DNA of 64,000 nt, from positions 248,244 to 312,243 of the forward strand of contig JAXMBC010000001.1 in the NCBI GenBank assembly GCA_046350055.1, in the 5' to 3' direction. The notes beneath the pieces were generated by a model. That model did not search any database. It was not told where the DNA came from and worked only from the letters and a program-made list of their open reading frames with translations. The position numbers and the translations under genes are program-made. The stretch is from Gemmatales bacterium. GTDB lineage: Bacteria > Planctomycetota > Planctomycetia > Gemmatales > HRBIN36. Shown here piece by piece: positions 27,866 to 36,879 of the stretch (position 1 is its first letter; every line of letters starts with the position of its first letter).

Positions 27866-29794
27866 TTAGCGGATCCCGTTGGCAGTGATTTGCGACCGCT
27901 TCAGAGAGGCCGAGCCGTTCGTCTGGTCGCTCGTCGCCTTTGCCACGAACTTCGGCACTTCGATGTGCTGGAAGAAGCCCGCATTCACCTCACCATACTT
28001 CTTCAGATGCTGTTCCACGGTTTCACCTTCCTTGAGGTGAATCAAGGGTGGTGGGTGATTTCCTCCGCCTGCTGTCCAGTGGGTGATTCCCCCTGCCACC
28101 AGCTTTAACTGGTAAACCCAGCCTGGCACCGTGTGAGTCTTTTCGCGGCGACCGAAGGCTGGCCCGGGGAACGACGAGTAGGCCATCTCGTGATCTTTCC
28201 CCTTGGTCACGGTCGCCACCAGGGTTACCCCACCGCTGCCAACCTTGTGGCCAGCTTCCGTGATCTTGCGTTCAAGGGCCGTGCTGACTTCCTCTTTGAC
28301 CTTGTGATCGCTGATGCCACTGACGTCGATAGAGACTGTGGTGCCCGGCTTGAGGATGAAAAAGTTCGGATTGCTCCGAGCCTGCTCAAGCATCTGCAGG
28401 GCGGACGCGTGAGGCAGCTTGACCGGCACCAGCGTAAAGCCCTGCGGCTTGGTGAGGGCAAAGGTGGTGTCGCCGGCGAAGGCGAACTTGTCGGCGCCAT
28501 CATAGCCCCAAACGTTGACGTTCATCTCGGGGGAGACGTAGCACAGCGGAGAGCCTGCCAGGAGCGCCGTCGGCGAAGCCCAGTAGCAGGGTACTTCGTG
28601 TCCGAAACCGTTGATGCTGACAGTGCTTGTCTGATTACCTGTGGCCAGATCGAACACTTCCACTTTGGCGATTGTCACCGCAGCCAGTTGCCTGCCATCG
28701 GGGCTGAAGGCCAGCCGGCTGAGCTGCATATTTGACATGGGCTTGACACTGAGCGTGTCCCCCGAAACTGCATCGAGGATGACCAGATCATTATTGGACC
28801 TGGTGGCCAGCAATTTGCGATCATGCGAAAGGGCTGGGGTGATATTCCCCTGCAACTGCATGGTCTGCTTCGGCTTCGCGTCAGCCGGGTTCCACCAGAC
28901 GTACAGGCCGCCACTGAGCCAGGTGAGCAGGGTGCCATCGGTCAGGAACGCTGCACCTTGCACGTCATTGCCATGGCCCTTCTCATCCTGAGCGGCATTG
29001 AATCGATGCAAGGCTTTCGCCTCAGTATCGCTCACCTGCCAGAGGGTGAGCACATTGCTTTTGTTGTGACCGAAGATGTCCTCACGGGTAACCAGCATCT
29101 TGCCATCGAGACTGACGGCCAGAGGTGTCTGCTTACCCGGGATATCGATGTTCTTGAGGGTGACACCCTTTTCCAGATCGCAGATATGGATGGTACTGCT
29201 GGGGGTATCGCGGTTACCTGGCCGGTCGAGCGTGGTCACGACATAGGCCCGCCTGGTGGGAATATGCACTTCCACGCCGCTGGCTTTGTCGAAGAAGTCG
29301 CGGCTGGGAAAACTTACGGGGCGAGGCGTGAAGCCGAGCTTGAGATCGGCGGTGCTCACCGCAGGGGCTTTCCATTCCGAGCCGAAGACAGAAAGTTGCC
29401 TGACGCCAGACCAGTCAACGGAAGTTAACTCGATGGCACCGGGCGTACTGCCTGCTTCCGCCTTGCCTCGCGTGTTGCGCCCTGTCTTGCCTGATTCCTT
29501 GAAGGGGCTGTCCTCTTTCTTCTTGAAGGGATTATCAGCCATCAAAGTCCGACCGTGAGCCTGCATGGCCTCCGTGCGGTCTTCGAACTTCAATTTGATC
29601 AGGTCGATGGTCACCTGTGAGCCATCAGCCTTCTCGATGGTGACCTTGTTCTGATCCAGCTTGACGAACTTACCTTCGATAGTGAACTTGCCTGTCGAAT
29701 CGGTCCAGGTGCGGAGGGGCTCATCGGCCCAGACCCCACCCAACGTCAGCGAAGCTGCCAGGAGACCACCTGCGAGTCGAGAGAGGAAACGCAT
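27866..29794 (-). CDS. secreted SHD1-domain protein with a beta-propeller (WD40-like) body
   Basis: Signal MRFLSRLAGGLLAASLTLGGVWA. RTWTDSTGKFTIEGKFVKLDQNKVTIEKADGSQVTIDL is an SLA1-homology-domain-1 type module. The rest is beta-rich and repetitive. ATG 29794 is preferred over GTG 29803. Confidence 0.75.
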   Translation of the reverse strand: MRFLSRLAGGLLAASLTLGGVWADEPLRTWTDSTGKFTIEGKFVKLDQNKVTIEKADGSQVTIDLIKLKFEDRTEAMQAHGRTLMADNPFKKKEDSPFKESGKTGRNTRGKAEAGSTPGAIELTSVDWSGVRQLSVFGSEWKAPAVSTADLKLGFTPRPVSFPSRDFFDKASGVEVHIPTRRAYVVTTLDRPGNRDTPSSTIHICDLEKGVTLKNIDIPGKQTPLAVSLDGKMLVTREDIFGHNKSNVLTLWQVSDTEAKALHRFNAAQDEKGHGNDVQGAAFLTDGTLLTWLSGGLYVWWNPADAKPKQTMQLQGNITPALSHDRKLLATRSNNDLVILDAVSGDTLSVKPMSNMQLSRLAFSPDGRQLAAVTIAKVEVFDLATGNQTSTVSINGFGHEVPCYWASPTALLAGSPLCYVSPEMNVNVWGYDGADKFAFAGDTTFALTKPQGFTLVPVKLPHASALQMLEQARSNPNFFILKPGTTVSIDVSGISDHKVKEEVSTALERKITEAGHKVGSGGVTLVATVTKGKDHEMAYSSFPGPAFGRREKTHTVPGWVYQLKLVAGGITHWTAGGGNHPPPLIHLKEGETVEQHLKKYGEVNAGFFQHIEVPKFVAKATSDQTNGSASLKRSQITANGIR

Positions 29795-29823
29795 AGGAAG
29801 CACCTCGTATTAACGATTTCTCC

Positions 29824-29853
29824 ATTATAGTACACGCGGCATTTTGGTGCGAA
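29824..29853 (-). promoter_or_regulatory. candidate sigma70-type promoter for the SHD1 gene
   Basis: Minus strand reads TTCGCA (29853..29848), an 18-nt spacer, then a perfect TATAAT (29829..29824), ~30 nt upstream of ATG 29794. Planctomycete promoter rules are poorly known. Confidence 0.3.
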
Positions 29854-29955
29854 GGCTGTTGTGTGTGGCTGGTCCATCTTCCGTTCATCTTCACAAATCG
29901 TTGTATGGTGCACTGGCACGAGGTGATGCTTACACGGCAGGATGCCGCGTCTACT

Positions 29956-30915
29956 TTAGTGAGCTTCTGCTTCCAGCGGGCCAGCAACCGCCTGGATCAC
30001 GAAGAGCCGGCCGGGCATGGTAGGCATATAGGAACTGGGGACCCAGGGATTGGGGCCGTAGTGCAGGGTCATCCGTACCGATTGCCCCTGCCAGTTGAAG
30101 TTGCCCTGGCAGCCATCTGCTCCGCCAATGCAGTAGTCAGCCCGGGTGAAGAGGCCCGGACCAATGGTGTTGGCACGCAGCGGGATCAGCGTCAGACGGC
30201 TGGCGAAGCTGTGCAAGGAGTTCTGTTCGATGGTGAGCGGATGCAACTGCGCACCGAGACGATACGGCTCTGCCCGCCAGGCTGCCTCGCTCTGAAATTC
30301 GGTGGCAAAGTGAGGCTCCCAGAAGGCGATGTGGCAGGCCCTGCCGATGCCATAGACCACTACGAGCTTCGCCCCATTGGCCCGCAGTCTGGCGATACGT
30401 TCGGGATACTGGGGCAGCGATTTGCGGGTGGCGAAGTGTCGCTGCGATTTAGGCACCGTCAGCTTACCCATGGGCCCGTAGAACGCCTGCTCCATCGCCC
30501 CGGTGAAACTACCTGGTGCATCGCTGGCTGCGGTATTGCCCTCGGCATCGGACCATTCGTCCATGTTGAAGCCATGCACATGCTTGCACGAAACGTTGTG
30601 CTTCTGGCAGAAGTATATCACCCATTGGTACATGCCCATCGGGCCGACGGGCAGGATGAGGGCGAGTTCCCGCTTCGCAACGGCTGCTTCCTGAATCTGG
30701 CAGAAGATCTCGTACCCCATCTTAGCATTCATGGCTTCCACGCCTCCAGTACTGTCGCGACAGACTTCGACCTGAAAGTGGCGATGCCAGTGGGATGCCC
30801 GCTGCTGCATAGCTTCGACGGAGAGTGCAGTCAGCCGATCAATCTTCGCATAGTCCCAGCCCTGCGGATAAAACGGCCCGGCGTAGGCATCGGCAACGGT
30901 GGTGAGGAAGTTCAT
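29956..30915 (-). CDS. glucosamine-6-phosphate deaminase/isomerase-like (NagB superfamily) protein
   Basis: ILPVGPMGMY, FNMDEW and GIGRACHIAFWEP parallel the NagB motifs LPTGxTP, FNLDEY and GIGxDGHIAFNEP. ATG 30915 is preferred. Confidence 0.65.
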   Translation of the reverse strand: MNFLTTVADAYAGPFYPQGWDYAKIDRLTALSVEAMQQRASHWHRHFQVEVCRDSTGGVEAMNAKMGYEIFCQIQEAAVAKRELALILPVGPMGMYQWVIYFCQKHNVSCKHVHGFNMDEWSDAEGNTAASDAPGSFTGAMEQAFYGPMGKLTVPKSQRHFATRKSLPQYPERIARLRANGAKLVVVYGIGRACHIAFWEPHFATEFQSEAAWRAEPYRLGAQLHPLTIEQNSLHSFASRLTLIPLRANTIGPGLFTRADYCIGGADGCQGNFNWQGQSVRMTLHYGPNPWVPSSYMPTMPGRLFVIQAVAGPLEAEAH

Positions 30916-31045
30916 GGGAAGCTCGGATAATTGGTATGAAGAGCTAAGTGTTGAGTGAGTTCGAGCAGTTGTCAATGGACTACATGGCGAGCTAACAGTT
31001 TTGTTGATCCCATCGGGACCTCAGCTATTCGTAGTTAAGATATGC

Positions 31046-31423
31046 CTAATGTGTACCCCATGCATAACGTACCACACCATACACCAGCAGAAACAACCCG
31101 ACGGTGATGGCATGAAAAAGGGGAGTCATCTTTTCCCCACGCGTCCTCCGCAACCAGGTCATCCAGTACACCAGGCCGCCTATCACCAGGGGGGTCCCGA
31201 TCAGATTCAGTAACCGCAGTGTCTCGTTCGGCAATAACAAGCGAGGATGAACCAGATTCGTTAAGCCTGCCAACCCAGCAGCCAGTAGAACAAGGCAGGA
31301 CACGTACACGCAGCCGGTTCCGTTATCATTCCTCATCCAGGACTTCTCAAAGCCACAGTAGACTATCACCTCGATGGTAATTTCGAGGAGAAACTGCAAC
31401 ATCAAGATCAGCCCTTCTTCCAT
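31046..31423 (-). CDS. small integral membrane protein
   Basis: The start at ATG 31423 (MEEGLILMLQFLL) lies 5 nt after the stop of the upstream CPBP gene. About four hydrophobic helices. Confidence 0.55.
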   Translation of the reverse strand: MEEGLILMLQFLLEITIEVIVYCGFEKSWMRNDNGTGCVYVSCLVLLAAGLAGLTNLVHPRLLLPNETLRLLNLIGTPLVIGGLVYWMTWLRRTRGEKMTPLFHAITVGLFLLVYGVVRYAWGTH

Positions 31424-31427
31424 CGTA

Positions 31428-32216
31428 CTACCCCAGTTTGGAAGCCACGATGTCGTAGCCGCACCACATGATGCCGAGGTCTGCACAGAGGTGCGCTACC
31501 CACGCGCCGAGCAACGAGCCGGTGTGCTGATAGATGCAGCACCAGACGAAGCCGCCAATACCTATGCAAATGCTGAACACGACAACGAACAGCAGTCCGG
31601 CTTCACCGGGCAGGAATGTGTAGAGCACCAGAATGTGATGCAGCATGAATCCGAACGAACTAACGAGCGCCGCCTTCATCCAAGGGATACCAGCCCGCAG
31701 TCGGCCAAAGACAAACCAACGCCAGTAGTACTCTTCAAAGGCGGAGTGGATGATGGTGAGAAACCCCGCCATCACCACGAAGGCTGTGGGCGAAGTCACC
31801 CCGGCATCGAGCAGCTTGGCATGTACCAGGTCAGCTGTGGACTTGAATAAGGGCAGATCACGCAGCCAGACGTAATAGAGCACCATCATACCAGCGACAG
31901 TGAAGAGGCCGAAGTCGAGGCCGAGTTTGAACGACAGCAGATGTCGGGGTTTCAGCAGAGGTGTATCGCTAGCTTCGCTTTCCCGCATTACTTGAAAGCG
32001 GAGGATGAGATACCAGTACAAGGGCAGGAGTCCCGTCAGCACTTTGGAAGTAAAGTAGACTACACGGGTGAGCATCCCCTGCCCTGCGAGGACAAAGAAA
32101 TAGAGCCAGGTCATGACCGTCGGTGCGACAAGGGCGATGCCAATGACCCAGCCATCGGTCTTCCAGCGGAACTGACGCAGTAATGTGTTAGTGGTGGGCA
32201 TGCGACCTATTACCAT
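31428..32216 (-). CDS. CPBP-family intramembrane glutamic endopeptidase (CAAX protease/Abi)
   Basis: SAFEEYYWRWFVFGRL (the EExxxR motif) and FMLHHIL (the His motif) sit in a polytopic membrane protein. The ATG overlaps the upstream stop by 7 nt. Confidence 0.8.
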   Translation of the reverse strand: MVIGRMPTTNTLLRQFRWKTDGWVIGIALVAPTVMTWLYFFVLAGQGMLTRVVYFTSKVLTGLLPLYWYLILRFQVMRESEASDTPLLKPRHLLSFKLGLDFGLFTVAGMMVLYYVWLRDLPLFKSTADLVHAKLLDAGVTSPTAFVVMAGFLTIIHSAFEEYYWRWFVFGRLRAGIPWMKAALVSSFGFMLHHILVLYTFLPGEAGLLFVVVFSICIGIGGFVWCCIYQHTGSLLGAWVAHLCADLGIMWCGYDIVASKLG

Positions 32217-32884
32217 TCGGACATAATGATCTCACTGGTATCCAGTTCATTGTACTTGATGAGGAAGAACCACTCCATTTGATAGGGTTCTGTTTTGGAG
32301 AGTGCATGTTGCATGAACGACAACAGGTCAGGCAATTGCGGGCTGGTTCGGCCACTCGCAACAGGATGTTCACCCAGGTTGGTGACGAAGATTTCACCTT
32401 CGGGCAGATCGAAGTCCTGGGTGTAGGTGATTCCACTCGGCGCGGTGTACTTCATCCGGAAGTGGTCGTGGTGCTTTTCCAGTTGGAGTGTCAGGTTGCC
32501 CGCGTTCCAGTTTGCAGCCCGCCCGTTTTCGATGGTGAGCGATGGGAATTGAAGGGTGCTGTTGCGCACATCGCCCATGACCAGAGTCATAAAGGGTAAT
32601 TCGTCAGACAGGTATCCGCTGCGAGGCGGCACTTCCGAAGCACCCCGGCCATAGACAACTGTAACCAGACGGACTTCCAGCCGATACTTGCCCCGATCGG
32701 GTATAGCGTCGTTCCAGGGCACGCCAGTACAGGGATAGACAAAGTTTGGGTACGGTTCGATGAGCTGATGAAACGGCTCAGCGATGCAAACCCATTGCTC
32801 TTTGCGTGGAAACAGGAATGGCACGCTGCAGGTACAGACGATGATGAGGCAACAGACGAGGTACTGATAATGACGGCGTTGCAT
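32210..32884 (-). CDS. hypothetical protein with an N-terminal membrane anchor
   Basis: 224 aa. The N-terminal YLVCCLIIVCTCSVPFLF segment is hydrophobic. First gene of a three-gene overlapping operon. No family recognised. Confidence 0.6.
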   Translation of the reverse strand: MQRRHYQYLVCCLIIVCTCSVPFLFPRKEQWVCIAEPFHQLIEPYPNFVYPCTGVPWNDAIPDRGKYRLEVRLVTVVYGRGASEVPPRSGYLSDELPFMTLVMGDVRNSTLQFPSLTIENGRAANWNAGNLTLQLEKHHDHFRMKYTAPSGITYTQDFDLPEGEIFVTNLGEHPVASGRTSPQLPDLLSFMQHALSKTEPYQMEWFFLIKYNELDTSEIIMSEW

Positions 32885-32965
32885 TGAAGTCTCCGCGATT
32901 CGTCACGCAGTGTATCCTTTTGGGCAGTTCGTTTGCTAGGGCAAGTGCACTCTAGCTGAAACTAG

Positions 32966-33150
32966 CCACGATTGTGGCGGCATGTGAATAGCAGTGGGTG
33001 AGCAACGCGAACCCACGGACAACAGATCCGGCGGAACCTGAGCCGCGGTAGCGGCGAAACAATGGTGCGCGATGCACCACAATGATCCCGTGGGTTTCGC
33101 TACGCTACACCCACGGCTATTCACCTGTCGCCGCTCCGCGGCTGGGCAAC
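32966..33150. repeat. nested inverted-repeat (REP/MITE-like) noncoding element
   Basis: A ~45-nt module at 32974..33018 matches the reverse complement of 33088..33134 at about 80% by eye. Each module has its own hairpin (gtgggt/acccac and ccgtgggt/acccacgg). A partial third copy begins at 33041 (agccgcggtagcggcga). Confidence 0.65.
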
Positions 33151-33360
33151 AGCGACGCCACTCACAATTGAGCTAGCTCCTGGCTCCTAGCTACTGGCTA
33201 CTGACTTCTGTCTGCTAGCCTCTTCCCAGCCCCCCTATCTTGCCAGTAACAGTTTCGGCCCTGCCAAGAACTCACCCTATTCCGCTTGACCCCTTCATAA
33301 GTACCGGCTATTCGCCCGATAGAAGAAGCAGGAGATCGTCTGCCTACAGGGGGATCGTCC

Positions 33361-34356
33361 GTGGAGTATGTCGAGCCGGTGGTCGAAGCTCAGGCGCTGA
33401 CGAAAATCTATCAGCGCCGGCAGATCGCCCTCAACAACGTGACTATGACCGTGCCACGCGGCTGCGTGCTCGGCCTGCTCGGGCCTAATGGCGCCGGGAA
33501 GACCACGTTTCTCCGCATTGTTCTCGGCCTGCAGCGTCCCTCCTCCGGCACCATCAAAGTCTTCGGCCAGCACATGGGCCCGAATGCCAGCGGTGTCCGC
33601 CGCCGCATCGGCTACATCCCCACACACTCTGAATTTCCTTCGGGCCTGACGCCCCTGGAATATCTCGACTACTGTGGCAAACTCTTTGGCCTGCGTGCCC
33701 CGGTCCGCAAGCCTCGCTGTGCCCAGATGCTGCGAGCCGTCGGCCTGCAGGATGTCGCTGGCATGGTGATCAACGGTTTCTCCAGCGGCATGACCGCGCG
33801 GCTCAGCGTGGCTGCCAGCCTGATCAATGAGCCTGAACTGCTGATCTGGGATGAGCCGACCCACGGTCTGGACCCTGAAGCTCGCCGCAGCATGCTCGAT
33901 CTCATCAAGCAACTGAGCAGCGAAAAGACGCTGATCGTCTCCAGTCACAATCTCTCCGACATTGACGAAGTCTGCAGCCATACTGCGGTGCTAAGCCGCG
34001 GGCAATTGCTCTACTTTGGCGACCTGGCCGACATGAAGGGCAATACGGGCGGCTGCTATTCGTTCGAACTCGAACTCGACTGCGACGCTAAGACGACGTC
34101 CCGCACGGCCCAGGCACTGCGGGAGCAGAAGATCTGCGAATCGATTGATTCCCAGCAACGCCGTCTGACTGTCCATCTGCCTGAAGATCAGCCTAACACA
34201 CTGGTACTGGCCCAGGTCTTTCAATCGCTGTCGGACCTCAAAGTCAATGTCATGGATATCCGCGGATTAGGTCAAGGAACGGAAGCAGCCTTCCTCGATC
34301 TGGTCGAGAAGGAGGAAGGCAATGGCCTCGTCCGCATCTATCGTAATGCAGCCTAG
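33361..34356 (+). CDS. ABC transporter ATP-binding protein
   Basis: Walker A GPNGAGKTT, signature FSSGMTARL (degenerate) and Walker B LLIWDEPTHGLD. GTG start with GGGGGA upstream. Confidence 0.85.
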   Translation: MEYVEPVVEAQALTKIYQRRQIALNNVTMTVPRGCVLGLLGPNGAGKTTFLRIVLGLQRPSSGTIKVFGQHMGPNASGVRRRIGYIPTHSEFPSGLTPLEYLDYCGKLFGLRAPVRKPRCAQMLRAVGLQDVAGMVINGFSSGMTARLSVAASLINEPELLIWDEPTHGLDPEARRSMLDLIKQLSSEKTLIVSSHNLSDIDEVCSHTAVLSRGQLLYFGDLADMKGNTGGCYSFELELDCDAKTTSRTAQALREQKICESIDSQQRRLTVHLPEDQPNTLVLAQVFQSLSDLKVNVMDIRGLGQGTEAAFLDLVEKEEGNGLVRIYRNAA

Positions 34357-35128
34357 CCGCTGGCTTCCCCTCTGGTCGATCCTCGAAATGGATTTGAAAC
34401 AGACGGTGAAGAGCTGGCTCTACCGTATTGCCATTCTTGTCGTTGTCGTGGTCAGCGTGGGCGTGCTCCTCAACCGTGCCGCCATCCATCGCGAAGCAGG
34501 CGTGGTGCAGTATGCCTCGATGCATGTAGGCAACTTCCTGCAGTACACCATCCTCTTCGGTGCTGCGCTCTCCGCCTTATTCACAGCCAGTGCGATTGCG
34601 GGCGAACGGGGCAACCTCATTGACAGCACCCTGTGCCGGGGCGTGGGTCGCTGGCATTTCTACATCGGTAAGTGGATGGCCCGCACTGTCGCTGTCCTGG
34701 GTGGCTTTCTCGCTGTCGGTCTGATCTTCATGGTCGCCAGCGTGTTTATCCTCAAGAGTGATCTCGACTTCGATCATTGCCTGGTAGCTCTCTTGCTGGT
34801 CAGTTCCATCCTCTGGCTGATGGTGTCGGTGACCATGGCCGTGAGCGCGACTGCTAACAACACGATGCTGAGCCTGGGCGTTGTGCTGTTCGTACTCTAT
34901 GGCATCCTGGCTGTGTTATGGTTGGTACCTCTGGAAAGCTTTACGCTGACGAAGTTTCTGAACACGATGACGATCATGATTCGGACAGATGATGTGAATA
35001 TCAGTCAGGGAACCATCCGTGGCCCGCTGCCCATGATGCCTTACCTGAAATTCGCTGGGTATATCGCCCTCAGTGGCTGTGCCGTTGCTGGCGTGGGCAT
35101 GTTGCATTTCATGCGGAAAGATGTGTGA
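34346..35128 (+). CDS. ABC-2-like transporter permease / membrane protein
   Basis: About six hydrophobic helices. ATG 34346 overlaps the ATPase stop. The ORF track starts at 34322. Confidence 0.7.
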   Translation: MQPSRWLPLWSILEMDLKQTVKSWLYRIAILVVVVVSVGVLLNRAAIHREAGVVQYASMHVGNFLQYTILFGAALSALFTASAIAGERGNLIDSTLCRGVGRWHFYIGKWMARTVAVLGGFLAVGLIFMVASVFILKSDLDFDHCLVALLLVSSILWLMVSVTMAVSATANNTMLSLGVVLFVLYGILAVLWLVPLESFTLTKFLNTMTIMIRTDDVNISQGTIRGPLPMMPYLKFAGYIALSGCAVAGVGMLHFMRKDV

Positions 35129-35710
35129 TTACTTTTCCATGAGCTCTTTCAGGCGATCCAGCGCCTTGCCCCAGTACGCCTTCATCTTCTTCACGGCAGT
35201 GACGCCTGGCAGCTTCTCGTGATCGAGGGCAATCTGCGACGTGTTCGCACCCTTGCTGTAGAAATTGACACTCAGGTAACTGGGACCGTCATCCCAGGTA
35301 ATCCGCATCGACTTATTGGTATTGGCCTTGCGAATGTGCAGCTTGGCCTCAGGCAGCCAGCGTCGCCGCTGTTTCGGATCGTGCCAGGCCTGATAGAGTA
35401 TTTCGAGTGGAACAGCCAAGGTGCGGGAAACGCTGGCCGAGAAGGTACCATCGCACTTCTGATGAACGACGCGAGTGCCTTGTGCTCTTTCATATTCGAC
35501 GGTGACCATCTGCGTCCACCACATCGGGACGCTATGTTCTCGCGCCAGCCAGGCAGCGATTTCCTTGTGAGACCACGTCGCTGCCCCGGCCTTGTTGAGC
35601 AAGGCAAACCACTGAGGCCAGATCTTGCCGGTGGCTTTCTTGACTGCTTCGGAAGAAATGGAGTTGGTCTTAATAGGAACTACCTCATCAATGAAAGAGG
35701 ATGAATCCAT
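35129..35710 (-). CDS. SRPBCC (AHSA1/START-like) domain protein with an N-terminal helical domain
   Basis: ATG 35710 (MDSSSF). The N-terminal segment contains WSHKEIAAWLAREHSVPMWWTQMVTVEYERAQG. The C-terminal ~130 aa are beta-rich and AHSA1-like. The longer ORF to 35908 would overlap the upstream gene heavily. Confidence 0.6.
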   Translation of the reverse strand: MDSSSFIDEVVPIKTNSISSEAVKKATGKIWPQWFALLNKAGAATWSHKEIAAWLAREHSVPMWWTQMVTVEYERAQGTRVVHQKCDGTFSASVSRTLAVPLEILYQAWHDPKQRRRWLPEAKLHIRKANTNKSMRITWDDGPSYLSVNFYSKGANTSQIALDHEKLPGVTAVKKMKAYWGKALDRLKELMEK

Positions 35711-36821
35711 CGCCGACTGCAACTGCCGAAGGCACCCCCCAAACACCAATGGCGGCGTCTTTCTGGCCTTTGATGTCGATAGTTTGTCCGTTTGCATTGT
35801 AGAGTTGCCAGGCCAAGGCACCGCCCCGCTGCCAGCCAGTACCTTCCGTCCATGCCAGCAACATAGTACCACTGGAATTGATTGCGATGGCAGGATGCTT
35901 CCGTCCATTAGGAGTTCCTGGTGCCGCAGTGAGCTTTGGTTGCTTTACCAGGCCGCCAGTCAGAGTAGTGAAGTAAATCTGCCCCTTTGTATCCCATGCA
36001 GCCACGACACCCTTGGGGCCCATTGCCAGTGCATATGTACTCATAGGGCATGAGTTAATCTTCCAGCGATCCAGCAACGCACCGTTGAACGTTCGCTGTT
36101 GATCATCGGATTGCAGGAGATAGATATCACGACCGTCGCCACTAGTTGCACTTCGGTACAGAAGGTAAGTGTTCTTCTCATCCGAGAGTGCTCGAGTTGA
36201 ACAGCAACCGCAAGCGCCTGTGGTATTTGTCCAAAGAGGAACCTCTGTGGTGAATGTTTTACCGTCATCGGAGGAGCGTGCGGCCCACATCTGACGCTGA
36301 TCTTCACCTTCCTGACCAGTCGTCACCCCGTGCCAGGCCACCAGGACCTGTCCTGATTCATTGGCAGCAATGGAGCAGCCTCCGTCCGGCAAAAAACTCT
36401 TCTGCATGAGGTTCCGCTGCGGCTCGAAGGCGTCACCTGTGTCACTCAGCCTGGAATACTGCATGCCACCTATACCACTGGCGCCATTCCAGGCGACATG
36501 CACACGCCCTTTTTTACCCAGTGCAAGCTGCCCACCACGAACAGTGCCTATTGCCACTGCGGAAGCTGGGCGACTGTTGACCTTGATCGGCTTGGAGAAT
36601 TCCGTTTCCCCCGTTTTCCGCGAGACATAGTACAGATCACCAGCCTTGGCTTCGCCTTTGAAGTAGATCAGGTGAATGGTCTGCTGAGCATCTACCACCG
36701 CTTGAGGCTGAATGCCACCGTTGGGAGTACGTTGCAGAGTCACCAGGTCTCTTGCGATGCACGTGCTAGCACAACCATAGATGATCGAGCAAGTTGCAAA
36801 CAAGAGGTGTACTAGAAACAT
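35688..36821 (-). CDS. secreted BNR/Asp-box beta-propeller (sialidase-like fold) protein
   Basis: Signal-like MFLVHLLFATCSIIYGCA from ATG 36821; the ORF track starts at TTG 36842. Asp-box SSDDGKTF and related S-x-D-x-G motifs in a repetitive beta-rich sequence. Confidence 0.7.
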   Translation of the reverse strand: MFLVHLLFATCSIIYGCASTCIARDLVTLQRTPNGGIQPQAVVDAQQTIHLIYFKGEAKAGDLYYVSRKTGETEFSKPIKVNSRPASAVAIGTVRGGQLALGKKGRVHVAWNGASGIGGMQYSRLSDTGDAFEPQRNLMQKSFLPDGGCSIAANESGQVLVAWHGVTTGQEGEDQRQMWAARSSDDGKTFTTEVPLWTNTTGACGCCSTRALSDEKNTYLLYRSATSGDGRDIYLLQSDDQQRTFNGALLDRWKINSCPMSTYALAMGPKGVVAAWDTKGQIYFTTLTGGLVKQPKLTAAPGTPNGRKHPAIAINSSGTMLLAWTEGTGWQRGGALAWQLYNANGQTIDIKGQKDAAIGVWGVPSAVAVGDGFILFH

Positions 36822-36879
36822 CGAACTGGTACCGGATGCCAAGTATTGATGTGTTTATTCAGATACATCGAAAAGTCAC

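Noticed and set aside
29863-30930. 355-aa plus-strand ORF opposite the NagB-like gene
   Set aside because: The minus-strand frame shows NagB-type motifs (FNMDEW, GIGRACHIAFWEP); the plus-strand frame shows none.
32936-33124. 62-aa ORF, and possible tRNA-like stem-loops, inside the nested repeat
   Set aside because: The ORF is a read-through of the inverted-repeat modules. The hairpins do not form a cloverleaf and lack a GTTCRANYC T-loop.
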